Assembly: GCA_963696385.1 (NCBI GenBank)
Contig: CAVOKF010000006.1
Coordinates: 160,001-224,000, forward strand
DNA from: an uncultured delta proteobacterium
GTDB taxonomy: Bacteria > Myxococcota_A > Polyangia > Polyangiales > Polyangiaceae
Reading direction: 5' to 3'
DNA: 64,000 nucleotides
A program made the translations under genes and the position numbers. Below, one piece after another: positions 21,610 through 32,085 of this stretch; within the stretch, counting starts at the first letter, position 1; each line of letters starts with the position of its first letter. The notes under the pieces were generated by a model. That model had not been told where the DNA came from. It saw nothing but the letters and a program-made list of their open reading frames with translations, and did not search any database.

Positions 21610-23280
21610 TTACTTCGCAACCGGCGCTTCCGGCGCTCCGTGTCCCGGCCCGAGGATCGCCTTCATCTTTGCGACCGCGTCGAACTCCTCGACGTGAGGC
21701 GGGTGATGGCAATCGAGGCATCGATCGGCCTCCGGCTTGGCGATGACGGCCTTCTCGTCGGTCGGATCCGCCACGTGCCGGGAGCCCGGGCCGTGGCACA
21801 CTTCGCATTGGACGTTTTGTAGCTTGTCCACGTGCGTGACCGTGCTTCCGCCGGGAAGACCGTACCCGGTCACGTGGCAGCCGACGCACTCGAGATTGAA
21901 CTCTCGGCCAAACGAACTGAGCGTCCCGTAGGCGCGCGCATGCCACGTATGCTTCCACATCGCGACCGCCGGCGCGTGGCAGCGTCCGCACACGGCCACG
22001 CCGACGTATCCTGCCTGACCGGCCGCGCGCGGCAAAGGCTTTCGATCCGCCAAAGCCACGCGGTTCTGCCCGTTGACGATCTCGTAGTAGGTGCCGATTT
22101 CGCCTTGAATCGTCGGGTCCGTCCCCAACGACGGGCGGATCTCTTTGAGCGCGTAGCGAAAAAAATTCCCTTGGATCGGCGGTGGCTTGATATCGAGACT
22201 CAGGCGCTCCGCCTCCAGCTCGGCGAGCTCGGTTTTGCGTGCTTGGATCTCGGCGCCGGGCAAGGTGCGTTCGCGTTCCCACACGGCGATTTTTTCGTGC
22301 AAACGGTCGATGCGGGCTGCGAGATCTGCGCGCTCGGGCCCTCGCTCCAATCCCGTCGCGTCGACGAACCGAATCGGTTGCCCGGGCGTGACGCGATCGC
22401 GCACGTAAAGATCGAGAACGGCGACCGATTGAAGGTGGTTGCCCCCTTGCGCGACGATCACGCCGCCGACCGCCTCGGCTTGGGGCACGACCGTGTTCTC
22501 CTCGCCTACAGTCTGGGCGGATCCGACGACGATGGCCGTCAGATCGGGCACGGCCTCGGCAATGCGCTTGGCTTCGTCGCGGCCGACGGCGGCGAGCGCC
22601 ACCAGCACGCTCGCCCCTTGCTGCTTGGCGAGATCGACACCGCGCGCGATGCTTTCCTGCGGCCCCGGCGCATCGGCGGCCGCATCGGCGGCCTGGGGCG
22701 CCCCCTGTCCGAATCCCACGAACCCCACCTTGATGCCCCCTGCGTCCTTGACGATCGCCGAGGCGAACGGCGGCGCGAACCCTGCGCTGGAGCTGGCGAG
22801 GATCGTGCAACCGGCCTTGTGAGCCAGGTCGATCAGGCCCTTCTGCCCGTCGGCCCAGTCGTTGACGCCGGGTGCGAACGCGGCGAAGTGAAGCTCGTGG
22901 AGGAGGCTGGCGATGACGGCCGCCTTCTGCCGGTCTTGATCGGCCCGATCGCGTGGAAGCTTGGCATCCATGAAGAACAGCGGCCCCGCCGCGGCCACGA
23001 GCGACGCCGGCGCGCGAGGGCGCTCGGCCTGCATCCAGGTGGCAAAGTGGTCCAACCCCCCGAGTTGGTCTTTGACGCAGCCGCAGGGCCCGAGCGCTCC
23101 CGCGAGATCGGTGATCAAAACCAAGCGCACCGTCGGAAGGACGGGGCGTCCGGCGTCGACCGCGGCCCCAGTTGGACTCGACCCCGAACCACCGCCTCCG
23201 GGCGAACGGCCTCTTTCGCACCCGACGAGTCCGAACAAGACGATCGACGTGGCCAGCGACAGGCGGATCCAGCCGGTCAT
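21610..23280 (-). CDS. Lipoprotein: UshA-like metallophosphoesterase-fold domain fused to tetraheme cytochrome c
   Basis: LVGC lipobox; TDLAGALGPCGCVKDQLGGL; four CxxCH motifs (CGRCH, CVGCH, CEVCH, CLDCH). Confidence 0.85.
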   Translation of the reverse strand: MTGWIRLSLATSIVLFGLVGCERGRSPGGGGSGSSPTGAAVDAGRPVLPTVRLVLITDLAGALGPCGCVKDQLGGLDHFATWMQAERPRAPASLVAAAGPLFFMDAKLPRDRADQDRQKAAVIASLLHELHFAAFAPGVNDWADGQKGLIDLAHKAGCTILASSSAGFAPPFASAIVKDAGGIKVGFVGFGQGAPQAADAAADAPGPQESIARGVDLAKQQGASVLVALAAVGRDEAKRIAEAVPDLTAIVVGSAQTVGEENTVVPQAEAVGGVIVAQGGNHLQSVAVLDLYVRDRVTPGQPIRFVDATGLERGPERADLAARIDRLHEKIAVWERERTLPGAEIQARKTELAELEAERLSLDIKPPPIQGNFFRYALKEIRPSLGTDPTIQGEIGTYYEIVNGQNRVALADRKPLPRAAGQAGYVGVAVCGRCHAPAVAMWKHTWHARAYGTLSSFGREFNLECVGCHVTGYGLPGGSTVTHVDKLQNVQCEVCHGPGSRHVADPTDEKAVIAKPEADRCLDCHHPPHVEEFDAVAKMKAILGPGHGAPEAPVAK

Positions 23281-24132
23281 CGGGTGCTGGCCGAGCCTCG
23301 CACGGATGCGACGCGGGTGCGCCGGCTGCGATGGAAGCCGTAGGCCGCTCGGCGCCCAGGCAGTATCCGCGGCGTTCTTGGGATCCAGGCCTTCGTGCCG
23401 GCTGAGCTTCGGGGACCGAGGCGCAAAGCGCGAACGACGCCCGATCGCGACACGCTGCTCGTCTCCTTGCGCCTGCATCGACTCATGGGGAAGGGTAAGC
23501 GTAAAAAGTGAAAAGTTCCGTTCCGGTTGTGGCGACGCTCGAGGTCGAGTTGGCCCGCACGACCGCGGAGCCAGCGCCTCTACATCGTCCGGCGGATGCT
23601 GCCAATCCGTGATCCGCGTCGTAAACTGAATCGACGCTGCCGCGGAGCGGTGCCGTTTCTGGCCTGAAGTCGAAATCGACGACGACCGTTCTGGCGCTCC
23701 CACACGCTCGCGGCGCCGGTCCTCGTGGTGGGGCGCCACCCACGGGCTTCCCGACGCCAGTCCGTCGGCGATCCAACGGTCAGCACATCCATTATTACAG
23801 TGCCACGGACATGCCGTTGCCGCGGACGTATCAGAACGATGTCGGGCCTGGGAATCCGAAACAGAACACAGCGCAAGTCCATTGGCAGTTCTTGGCGGCT
23901 CACGGGCTATCGGCCACCCCGTTCGGTCTCTGCGAACGGGGACCGGACTGACCGAGACGGCCGGATAAGACACGGGCATTACGCACCTGAGGACCGGTCC
24001 GCGTCCCGCGTTCCGATCGCCCGAAGGCGACTCGGCGCTGGGCACGCGGGCGGCTGCCATTTTGGCGATCGGAACTCGGATATTGTGTCGCGCGTGCGTC
24101 GTTCGGGGTGCATACTGCGCGGAGAGGCCAAT

Positions 24133-25503
24133 TTGGAGAAGCGCACGAGGACATCGGGCTGGCTCGCGCTCGCCGTTGCGGTGCTGAGCGGATGCGGGTC
24201 GAGTTCGCCGGCATCGGGGGTCAACACGGGTTCCTCCACCGGCACGGGTTCGTCCACGGGCGCGACTCAAACGAGTACGACGGGAACAGGGAACTCGACG
24301 GGGACGGGCTCTTCGAGCACCGGCGGCAGCGGGGGGAGCTCGACCGGCGGCTCAAGCAGTAGCTCGAGCGTCTCGACCCCGGCGGCGGACGCGGGGTCGG
24401 GCGGCAGCGCGCCGCCGGACGCGTCGGTGTCCGACGCGGGTACGGGGCAGACGGGCGACGATGGGGCCGCACCCGGCAACCCCACCGAGCCCGCCGACGC
24501 GGCCGCGGCCGTGCGGTTCGTCGCGAGGGTGGACTACGAGAGCGCGACGGGCCCACGCTTCGCGTGGTCGGGAAGCACGATTCTGGCTCAGTTTACGGGC
24601 AATTCGATCGGCATCCGACTGTCGGGCGCCGCGAAGTACTTCGATGTGACGATCGACGGCACGCTGCAGACTCCGCCGCTGCTGCTGGCGGCCGGCACGA
24701 CCGACTATCCGCTGGCGACGAATCTCGACGGGGGAACCCACCAGCTCAGCGTATTTCGTCGCAACGAGCCCGTCCTGCCCGGTACGGGGTCGGGGGATAC
24801 GACGTATCTCGGGTTGATTCTCGCCGACGGCGGGGCCCTGCTGCCGCCCACTGCGCCATCGGCGCGACGAATCGAAATCGTGGGCGATTCGGTGACCTCG
24901 GGCTACGGCGACGACAGCGTCAATGGCGCGTGCCCGAACGCCCTTTTGGCGCAGAACTACGACGTCGCGTACGGAGCGGTCGCCGCGCACACGCTCGGGG
25001 CTGATCTCATCACGATTGCCTGGACGGGCAAGGGGATGTATCGCAACGACGACGGGACGACCACCGACACGATGCCCGATATGTACGGGCTGGCGCTTCC
25101 GGACGTCACGACGAGCACGTGGAATTTCGCATCGTGGATTCCCGATGCCGTGGTCATTTATCTGGGCAATAACGACTTCGGCCAAGGCGATCCGGGTCAG
25201 TCGTACGTGACGACCTATCGGACGTTCATCGCGCGGGTTCGGACGAACTATCCGAGCGCGCTCATCGTCTGCACGATCGGACCGAACCTCACCGACCCGA
25301 AACTCAGCGAAGAGCGCACGTACGTCCAAGGCATCGTCAACGCGGAGAACACCGATGCCGGGGACACGAACGTGGTCTTTCTCGAGATGCCCCAGCCGCT
25401 GGCGTCTGAAGGGACCGGTTGCGGAGGACATCCCCTGGCCGCGACTCACGCACGCATGGGCGCGGCTCTTGTGACGCTGCTCCAGACCAAACTCGGCTGG
25501 TAG
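24133..25503 (+). CDS. SGNH/GDSL hydrolase, carbohydrate esterase family 2-like lipoprotein
   Basis: LSGC lipobox, Ser/Gly/Thr linker, FAWSG, RIEIVGDSVTSGYG, LGNND, GGHP. Confidence 0.88.
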   Translation: MEKRTRTSGWLALAVAVLSGCGSSSPASGVNTGSSTGTGSSTGATQTSTTGTGNSTGTGSSSTGGSGGSSTGGSSSSSSVSTPAADAGSGGSAPPDASVSDAGTGQTGDDGAAPGNPTEPADAAAAVRFVARVDYESATGPRFAWSGSTILAQFTGNSIGIRLSGAAKYFDVTIDGTLQTPPLLLAAGTTDYPLATNLDGGTHQLSVFRRNEPVLPGTGSGDTTYLGLILADGGALLPPTAPSARRIEIVGDSVTSGYGDDSVNGACPNALLAQNYDVAYGAVAAHTLGADLITIAWTGKGMYRNDDGTTTDTMPDMYGLALPDVTTSTWNFASWIPDAVVIYLGNNDFGQGDPGQSYVTTYRTFIARVRTNYPSALIVCTIGPNLTDPKLSEERTYVQGIVNAENTDAGDTNVVFLEMPQPLASEGTGCGGHPLAATHARMGAALVTLLQTKLGW

Positions 25504-25772
25504 CTGGGGCGGATCGAATTCACCCGGTGGGTGACCGAGGCCCGCTAGGCGGGATGGTTCATGTTCGACAAGGCTGTCCACTTCCCGTAGGCGCGGATCG
25601 CGGCAAAGCGCATCGGCGTCGCTCGCCGTCGCAGGCCGTCTCCGCTCGCCTCTTCGTCGCGTGCCCGCACCCCCGCCGCCTCACCCGGGCCGCCGTCCCG
25701 AGTGGCACGACGCTGTGGTAGCCTAGCGCCGGCCCGGGCGTTCCTCACGCTCCTGGGCAAAGGAGACATCCC

Positions 25773-26312
25773 GTGAAACTCAGCGCATTCGCCCTCTCTG
25801 CAGCCGCGCTCGTCGCCGGTCTCGGACTTTGCACCTCGCCCGCGCGCGCCCAACAGTCGTGTATGAACGACAGCGATTGCACGGAAGGCGGTACGGAATG
25901 CGGCTCCAATATATGCGATTTCGGCAACTCGATCTGCGTCCCCGCCGACGCGGGCACGGGTTGGTGCACGCCAAGCAACACGCCTAGCAATGTGAACTGC
26001 AAATGCGCCTCATTGGGCGCCCAATGCGTTAGTTTCACCTGTGAAAACGACGCGGGCCAGTTGTTTGTTACTCCCCACTCGACCGGCACGACCTCGAGCT
26101 CCAGCAGCTCGGAAAGCACCAGCGCCGCAAGCTCGGCCAGCAGTAGCTCAAGCTCCGGCGCGGAGAGCACCGGCTCGGAAAGCACCGCCGGCAGCTCCAA
26201 GTCGGGAGGGTGCGCGGTGAGCGCCGGCAGATCCTCGAGTTCCCCATGGACGGTGGCAGGGCTGGCACTCGCCGGCTGTCTCGTGGCGGCGCGTCGCCGC
26301 CGGCGCCTCTGA
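25773..26312 (+). CDS. Small Cys-rich secreted protein with MYXO-CTERM sorting signal
   Basis: Signal peptide ending ARA; C-terminal SGGCAV...TM...RRRRR. Confidence 0.85.
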   Translation: MKLSAFALSAAALVAGLGLCTSPARAQQSCMNDSDCTEGGTECGSNICDFGNSICVPADAGTGWCTPSNTPSNVNCKCASLGAQCVSFTCENDAGQLFVTPHSTGTTSSSSSSESTSAASSASSSSSSGAESTGSESTAGSSKSGGCAVSAGRSSSSPWTVAGLALAGCLVAARRRRRL

Positions 26313-26435
26313 TGTCATCGCGGCAGACGCCTCTGCCGAACACGCCGCCGTCGACTCGTGGCGTCGCCGCGATCTCGACGAGTGCGGAGCGCGCGTAGGA
26401 TTGGGCGAAAAAAGATGGGGTCGCGACGCTCGCCG

Positions 26436-27251
26436 TCAGGCGGTTTCGAGGCCTCCCGCCTGCTGCGCGGCTCGTGCGATCAGGTCGTCGATGCGGTCTG
26501 CGGGCACACCGGCGCTCAGCAGATACCCCCGCGCGGTTTCCTCGGCGCCATTTTCCCCGTCGAGCCGCGCGACGACATCGGCTACGGCGACGAGCAGCGC
26601 ATAGGTTCGCCCGGCCGGCGCGTGATGCCAACGGCACCCCTCGACCACCGCGTCCGGCAGGCGCCATGCAATGGCAAGGTCTTCGCCCGCGACCGTGTGC
26701 AGGTCGTCCACCGCCCGGGCGGCGACGGCGAGGGCGGCGGCGGCATCTCGGCGCTTGGCCAGAAGCTTCCAGCAACGCGCCCTGCCGATATCGTGCAGCA
26801 GCGCCGCCAGGAAGGCGATGTCCGGATCGAGGCGCAGGTTGCGCGCCAAGAGACGCGCGCACCGCGCCGCCCGCGCGCCGTGCTGGAACGTCGCCTCGAC
26901 GTGTTCGCGGAAGCACGGTGTGTCGATGAAGATCGACGTATACGCGACCTGATACAGCACGTCGCGAGTCGCCTGGGTGCCGAGGCGTACGGCGGCTTGG
27001 CGAACCGACGCGATCTTGGTCATCCCGGCTCGGGCGTACGACACCGAGTTGACCGCGGAGATGATTCGGGCTGCGAGCGGCGGGTCGTCGGCGGCGAAGT
27101 GCGCGAGCTCGTCGAAGTCGAGCCCCGGCGTGCGCGCGAGTCGGAGGGCCTCGGTGACGCCGCGGGGAAGAGTCGGCAGATCGCTCGTGCCTCGGGCGAG
27201 GTCGAGCTCGAGCTGGGTCTGCAGCGAAGGCGGCGAGGTCCGGACACTCAT
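26436..27251 (-). CDS. HDOD domain protein
   Basis: LPTLP, DPPLAARIISAVNS, AAVRLG, ALLHDIG, WRLP, WHH. Confidence 0.9.
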   Translation of the reverse strand: MSVRTSPPSLQTQLELDLARGTSDLPTLPRGVTEALRLARTPGLDFDELAHFAADDPPLAARIISAVNSVSYARAGMTKIASVRQAAVRLGTQATRDVLYQVAYTSIFIDTPCFREHVEATFQHGARAARCARLLARNLRLDPDIAFLAALLHDIGRARCWKLLAKRRDAAAALAVAARAVDDLHTVAGEDLAIAWRLPDAVVEGCRWHHAPAGRTYALLVAVADVVARLDGENGAEETARGYLLSAGVPADRIDDLIARAAQQAGGLETA

Positions 27252-28276
27252 GGGATCCGGCCGGGTGAGGGGATGTGCGCGCCGGTTACAGGATGGGCGC
27301 GGATCACCACGCGATCGCGCCCCAAGCGCTTGGCCTCATAGAGCGCTTCGTCCGCTCCCGACAGGAGCACGCCGCGCTCGACCAGGGTATCGCCCGTCGT
27401 TCCGGCGATTCCGATGCTGACGCTCAGATTGGCGGTGGCCGACTCCGACGCTTGCGACGCGCGGTTGCCGTTGGAAAGCCCTTGCCGAGGCGCCAGAAGG
27501 ATCTTGCGAATCGCGGCAAGGTAGCGTTGGCCGATGCGATCGGCGACGGCGAGAGCCGCGCCTCGCACGATGACGAGGAATTCGTCGCCGCCGTAGCGCG
27601 CAGCCACATCCCCCGTGCGGGCGCACACATTGAGAGCTCCGGCGACTTCCGCGATGATGCCGTCACCTGCCGCGTGGCCGTGCGTGTCGTTGATTTGCTT
27701 GAAATGGTCGATGTCGACCAGGACGGCGAGAATCGGCTCGCATCCTTCGAGCGCCCGGTCGAGGACGGCGTCTGCGGCCCGGCGATTGGACAGCCCCGTC
27801 AGGGCATCGGTCATCGCTGCGGACTTGAGCGACGCTCGCTCCGCCTTGACCCACTGCAGCGTCTCGCGGTCGCGACGGTTGCGGAGCTGGACCCGAACGC
27901 GGGCGCGAAGCTCGTCGAGGCGAAACGGAGTGACGACGTAATCGTCGGCTCCCGACAGAAGGCCCCGGACGACGCTTTGCTCATCCTGGAAGGCCGACGT
28001 AATCAAGATGATCGGCGTGAGACGCGTTTCATCCATCATTCGGAGGTCGCCACAAATCTCGAAGCCGGAGATCTCGGGAAGCATGACATCGAGAAGGACG
28101 AGATCGGGGGGATGGTCCCGGACATGCGCGATGACGCCGGTGCCTTCCGCCAGTGTGTCTACCGAGTAGCCCTCGTGGCTCAGCACCTTGGCGAACAGTT
28201 CCCGCCGAGCTCCGTCGTCGTCCACGACGAGGATGCGAGCCGGCCGGTCCGCCGGCGGAAGACTCTCGATGTGCAT
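27248..28276 (-). CDS. Response-regulator diguanylate cyclase (REC-GGDEF)
   Basis: ILVVDDD...LLDVMLP receiver; DIDHFKQINDTHGH, RTGD I-site, RYGGDEF. Confidence 0.93.
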   Translation of the reverse strand: MHIESLPPADRPARILVVDDDGARRELFAKVLSHEGYSVDTLAEGTGVIAHVRDHPPDLVLLDVMLPEISGFEICGDLRMMDETRLTPIILITSAFQDEQSVVRGLLSGADDYVVTPFRLDELRARVRVQLRNRRDRETLQWVKAERASLKSAAMTDALTGLSNRRAADAVLDRALEGCEPILAVLVDIDHFKQINDTHGHAAGDGIIAEVAGALNVCARTGDVAARYGGDEFLVIVRGAALAVADRIGQRYLAAIRKILLAPRQGLSNGNRASQASESATANLSVSIGIAGTTGDTLVERGVLLSGADEALYEAKRLGRDRVVIRAHPVTGAHIPSPGRIP

Positions 28277-28504
28277 GAATCGCGCAAAGGAAAACGGCAC
28301 ACCGGCGCTTTTTCTGTACCCTGGTCGGCCGAGAACGCGAAATCCGGGCGATCCCGGACAGGATCGGGGGCGGGCGCCGTGGCCGTCCCCCCGCGTGGAT
28401 GGCGACGCCGGTGAGCCGAAAGGGACGACGGGGTTCGCTGCCGGCTCGGCACGTCGCGGCGCCGATTGCGCAGGGCGATCGGCGGCGGCAAACTCGCCCT
28501 GTCC

Positions 28505-29104
28505 ATGCGCCGCCGATGGCCGACGTCCGATCGCGATGAAGCGCTTCGTGCCATCGGGCGCGCGACGGCGATCGGCGCGGTCCTCTGCGCCGCTGGCTTC
28601 GGCGCCGGCTGTCTCACCGTGTTGCCTACCGACCTGCCCTCGACGCCGCCAGAGCCACCGACCATCGTGCACGACGCCGTTCAGCCGCCTGCCGACCAGC
28701 TCCTCGTCGAGTGGCCGTCCGAGCTCATCGTACCCGTTCAGGTCAATGACTCGAACGGGTCATTCACGTACGACGTCTTCGTCGATTACGACGGAAATTC
28801 GGACGACACTCCCTACTCCGTGGCACCGCCCGGCCAGCTGGGGACCGACGGCGGAATCGCCACCGTCACCATCCCGCTCCAGCCCCCAGCCGTACTCACG
28901 ACATGCCACACCATCCAGGTCTTGGTGGTCCGTGGTTTTGCCGTCACCGCGTCTGGAACGACTCTGTGGCACACGCCCAACGAGCTCGGCGGCGACAGTA
29001 TCACATGGTTCTACACGCCCGCCGATGGGATCGATGGGTGCGCGATCTACGACGCCGGGATCTACCAAGACGGAGCCACGCCGAGCGCCGACGACGGCGG
29101 CTGA
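28505..29104 (+). CDS. Hypothetical lipoprotein
   Basis: Hydrophobic stretch ending GAGC; beta-rich body; DAG-type tail. Confidence 0.6.
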   Translation: MRRRWPTSDRDEALRAIGRATAIGAVLCAAGFGAGCLTVLPTDLPSTPPEPPTIVHDAVQPPADQLLVEWPSELIVPVQVNDSNGSFTYDVFVDYDGNSDDTPYSVAPPGQLGTDGGIATVTIPLQPPAVLTTCHTIQVLVVRGFAVTASGTTLWHTPNELGGDSITWFYTPADGIDGCAIYDAGIYQDGATPSADDGG

Positions 29105-29271
29105 CGCGTCTGCCCCTTCGTGTCTTGTCGGCGGGTGAAATCGTCCTGCTCGCCACCAGGTTCATTTCCCGGTTGGGAAAGTGGCCGCCGGCGGGACTAC
29201 ACTGGGGAGTGGGTTCGGGCTCGAGCTGCGGTTTTGTAAACGAAGCGAGGGATGACCGGCCACTACTCGGC

Positions 29272-29871
29272 GTGTCCACCGGAGCCGCAAGAATTCACGA
29301 GACGGTGGCGGCTGCGACGGGCGACGCGGCGGTCCCGTGGACGTTCGTGGCCGTCTACAAAGCGCACTTCGCGTTCGTCTGGCGAAGTGTGATTCGGCTC
29401 GGCGTCGTCCACAGCGCCGTCGATGACGTGGTCCAAGATATCTTTCTCGTGGTGCATCGCCAGCTTCCGCGCTTTCGCGGCGAGTCCTCCGTCCGGTCCT
29501 GGCTTTTCGCGATCGCGTCGCGCGTTGTGCGCGACTCGAGGCGATCGCTGCGCCGCAAACCAGCCAACCTCGGAGGGGGCGGGCGCGTGTGCGACAATGT
29601 CGACCTTTTGGCCCACGCGGCGCCGAGCCCGCAAGATACCGTGGCGGCTGCGGAGGCCGTGCGCACCCTTCATGCGGTGCTCGATGCCATGCCCAAAGAG
29701 CGACGCGAGGTGTTCATTCTCGCCGAGCTCGAGCAGATGAGTCTCGCGGATATCGCAGCGGCCGTGCAGGCCAACCCCAATACCGTGTCCTCCCGCCTGC
29801 GCGCTGCACGCGCGGACTTCGAGAAGGCGGTCGCCAGGGCGCGCGCGAGCGACCAAAGGAGAATCCGATGA
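29272..29871 (+). CDS. ECF RNA polymerase sigma-70 factor
   Basis: FVWRSVIRLG, DDVVQDIF, RSWLFAI, NTVSSRLRAAR; start uncertain. Confidence 0.9.
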   Translation: MSTGAARIHETVAAATGDAAVPWTFVAVYKAHFAFVWRSVIRLGVVHSAVDDVVQDIFLVVHRQLPRFRGESSVRSWLFAIASRVVRDSRRSLRRKPANLGGGGRVCDNVDLLAHAAPSPQDTVAAAEAVRTLHAVLDAMPKERREVFILAELEQMSLADIAAAVQANPNTVSSRLRAARADFEKAVARARASDQRRIR

Positions 29872-30677
29872 CGGGGCTCGGGCCAGAGGCCAACGCGTTG
29901 CTCGAGGCGGCGCGCGGCGGTGACGAACCAACCCATGCGGACGAAGAACGCGTGTTGGCCGCGATCGGCAAGCGGTTGGCGGTCGGCGCCGCGAGTGGGA
30001 TCGCCGTCGCCGCGGCCGAGCGATCGACGGCGCCCGGCGGCGGGCTGGATCCGTCCGCAGTCGCCGCCGTGCGCGTGGGATGGGCGACCAAGGTTCTGGT
30101 TGGGTTGGCGCTCGTCGGTGCGATGGGCGCGGGCGCCTCCATGCTCGCCCGTACGACGCATCGGCCCGCGGTGCGCGCGGGTTCTACGGCGACCGCCGCG
30201 CCGACATCGGGCGAAGTCCTCGCGCTCGTTCCGGATCGGCCGAACGGCGCCGCGAGCCCCGAGGCGCCCGCCGCAACGACTGCCGCTTCGCACGGGGAAG
30301 GCTTCCGTGCGAGCCCGAGAACGATGCCGGGCCCGAGTGTTACGCCGGCGGCTGCGTCGTCCTCGCGCGTCGCACCGCCGACGGGCGACGTCGCGGCCGA
30401 GGTTCGTCTTCTTTCCGAAGCTCATGCGGCCCTACGAGGCGGGGAGGCGGAGCGTGCCCTCGGTCTTCTCGACGAGCACGTGCGCCGCTACCCGAGGGGC
30501 GCTCTCGGGCAAGAGCGCGACGCCGATCGAATCGCTGCGCTCTGCGCGCTCGGACGCGTCGTCGAGGCCCGAGAAGCGGCCGATCGGTTTCTGCGCCTTG
30601 CGCCCTGGTCGCCTCTGGCGGGGCCGGTTCGAGCCTCCTGCGGCGGCCCGCTTGCGAGGCCCACGCCGCCGATTTGA
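29868..30677 (+). CDS. Putative anti-sigma membrane protein with C-terminal TPR-like domain
   Basis: ATGA overlap with the ECF gene; one TM; AEVRLL..ALR.G...HVRRYP.GAL..ER...ALC.LGR motif. Confidence 0.75.
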   Translation: MTGLGPEANALLEAARGGDEPTHADEERVLAAIGKRLAVGAASGIAVAAAERSTAPGGGLDPSAVAAVRVGWATKVLVGLALVGAMGAGASMLARTTHRPAVRAGSTATAAPTSGEVLALVPDRPNGAASPEAPAATTAASHGEGFRASPRTMPGPSVTPAAASSSRVAPPTGDVAAEVRLLSEAHAALRGGEAERALGLLDEHVRRYPRGALGQERDADRIAALCALGRVVEAREAADRFLRLAPWSPLAGPVRASCGGPLARPTPPI

Positions 30678-30830
30678 CCGCCGCGGCATACGGTTCGTCG
30701 GTGCCCTCGCGCGCGGGAACCTCTGAGAGCGCCGGCAGTCCTCGCCGGCAGTCCTCGATCGGGGCACCCCCCGTCGCGCGGCGCGCGAGCAGGGCCGCAG
30801 AGAGTCTTCGCGTGCTATGGCTCAGCCGCT

Positions 30831-31934
30831 ATGGCCTCCGGTCCGCAGCGCGGCTCGGGTCTCGCTGTCCGCCCTCCTGTCCTTCCCATGCTCGCGAAGC
30901 GCATCGGCGAGTTGCCGAGCGGCGAGGGATGGATCTTCGAGCCCAAGTGGGATGGGTTTCGCGCCATCGTCTTTCGCGACCAGGACGAGTGCATCGTGCA
31001 GAGTCGCGAGGGAAAAGAGCTCCAGCGCTATTTTCCCGAAGTGGTCGCTACCCTTCTTGCCCAGCTGCCGGAGCGATGCGTGCTCGACGGCGAAATCGTC
31101 GTTGCGCGCGGCGGGGCGCTCGACTTCGAGGCGCTGCAGCAGCGAATTCATCCTGCGGCGTCACGCGTCACGCTCCTTGCCCGCGAGAGCCCCGCGTCCA
31201 TCGTCTTTTGGGACGTACTGGCCGAAGGCGACCGCGACTGGCAGAAATCGCCGTTTGAAAACCGGCGCGCCCTGCTCGAGACGCTGCTGTGCGGCGTGCA
31301 CCCGCCCGTCCACCTTACGCCGGCCACACGGGATCGATCCATCGCCACGGACTGGTTCGAGCGCTTCGAGGGCGCCGGGCTCGACGGGGTGATGGCGAAG
31401 CCGGCCGCGGGGACCTACGAGCCCAATCAGCGGGTCATGTTCAAGGTCAAGCACGAGCGCGAGTGCGACTGCGTCGTAGGCGGCTTTCGCTGGCACAAGG
31501 GGGGCGCGGGTACTGAAATCGGCTCGCTCTTGCTCGGACTGCACGACCGGACCGGTGTACTCCAGCACGTGGGAGTCTGCGCGAACTTCACCGCGTTGAA
31601 GCGTCGCGATCTCGTGGGCTTGCTCACTCCCTATCGTCTCGACGCGCGGGTCGGTCATCCTTGGAAGCATTGGGCGGATCCTGCGCCCGCAACGGACTTG
31701 CGTGCGCCGGGCGCCAAGAGCCGTTGGAGCCAGGGCAAAGACCTGTCGTGGGAGCCGCTCCGTCCGGAGCTCGTCGCGCAAGTGGGCTACGACCACATGC
31801 AAGGCACCCGTTTCCGCCACACGGCTCAGTTTCACCGCTGGCGCGAGGACAAGAAGCCCATCGAGTGCACGTTCGACCAATTGGAAGTCGCCGCGCCGCA
31901 CGAGCTTGCGGCGATCTTCGCCACCGGCCGGTGA
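30831..31934 (+). CDS. ligC: ATP-dependent DNA ligase, LigC-type
   Basis: PMLAK, EPKWDGFR, LDGEIV, LDGVMAK, GSLLLGL, RFRH..QFHRWR.DK. Confidence 0.9.
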   Translation: MASGPQRGSGLAVRPPVLPMLAKRIGELPSGEGWIFEPKWDGFRAIVFRDQDECIVQSREGKELQRYFPEVVATLLAQLPERCVLDGEIVVARGGALDFEALQQRIHPAASRVTLLARESPASIVFWDVLAEGDRDWQKSPFENRRALLETLLCGVHPPVHLTPATRDRSIATDWFERFEGAGLDGVMAKPAAGTYEPNQRVMFKVKHERECDCVVGGFRWHKGGAGTEIGSLLLGLHDRTGVLQHVGVCANFTALKRRDLVGLLTPYRLDARVGHPWKHWADPAPATDLRAPGAKSRWSQGKDLSWEPLRPELVAQVGYDHMQGTRFRHTAQFHRWREDKKPIECTFDQLEVAAPHELAAIFATGR

Positions 31935-32085
31935 GCCCCGAATGGGCCGGTCACCCGCCCGGTCCCGGGTGCGGTGTCCCCCGATCGCCCTTTGGGGGTC
32001 GGATCGTCCTTGAGCCCCGGATGGGCCGGTCATCCGCGGGTCGGTGTGTGGCTGCCCGATCGGCCTTTGGGGGTCGGATCGTCAT
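31932..32085. repeat. Imperfect ~79-bp tandem duplication at the convergent ligC/polymerase ends
   Basis: TGAGCCCCG..TGGGCCGGTCA...TTTGGGGGTCGGATCGTC at 31932 and 32011. Confidence 0.85.

Noticed and set aside
23281..24132. N-terminal extensions of the cytochrome and SGNH ORFs, or an ncRNA
   Set aside because: Lipoprotein signals place the starts at 23280 and 24133; no recognisable RNA motif in the gap.
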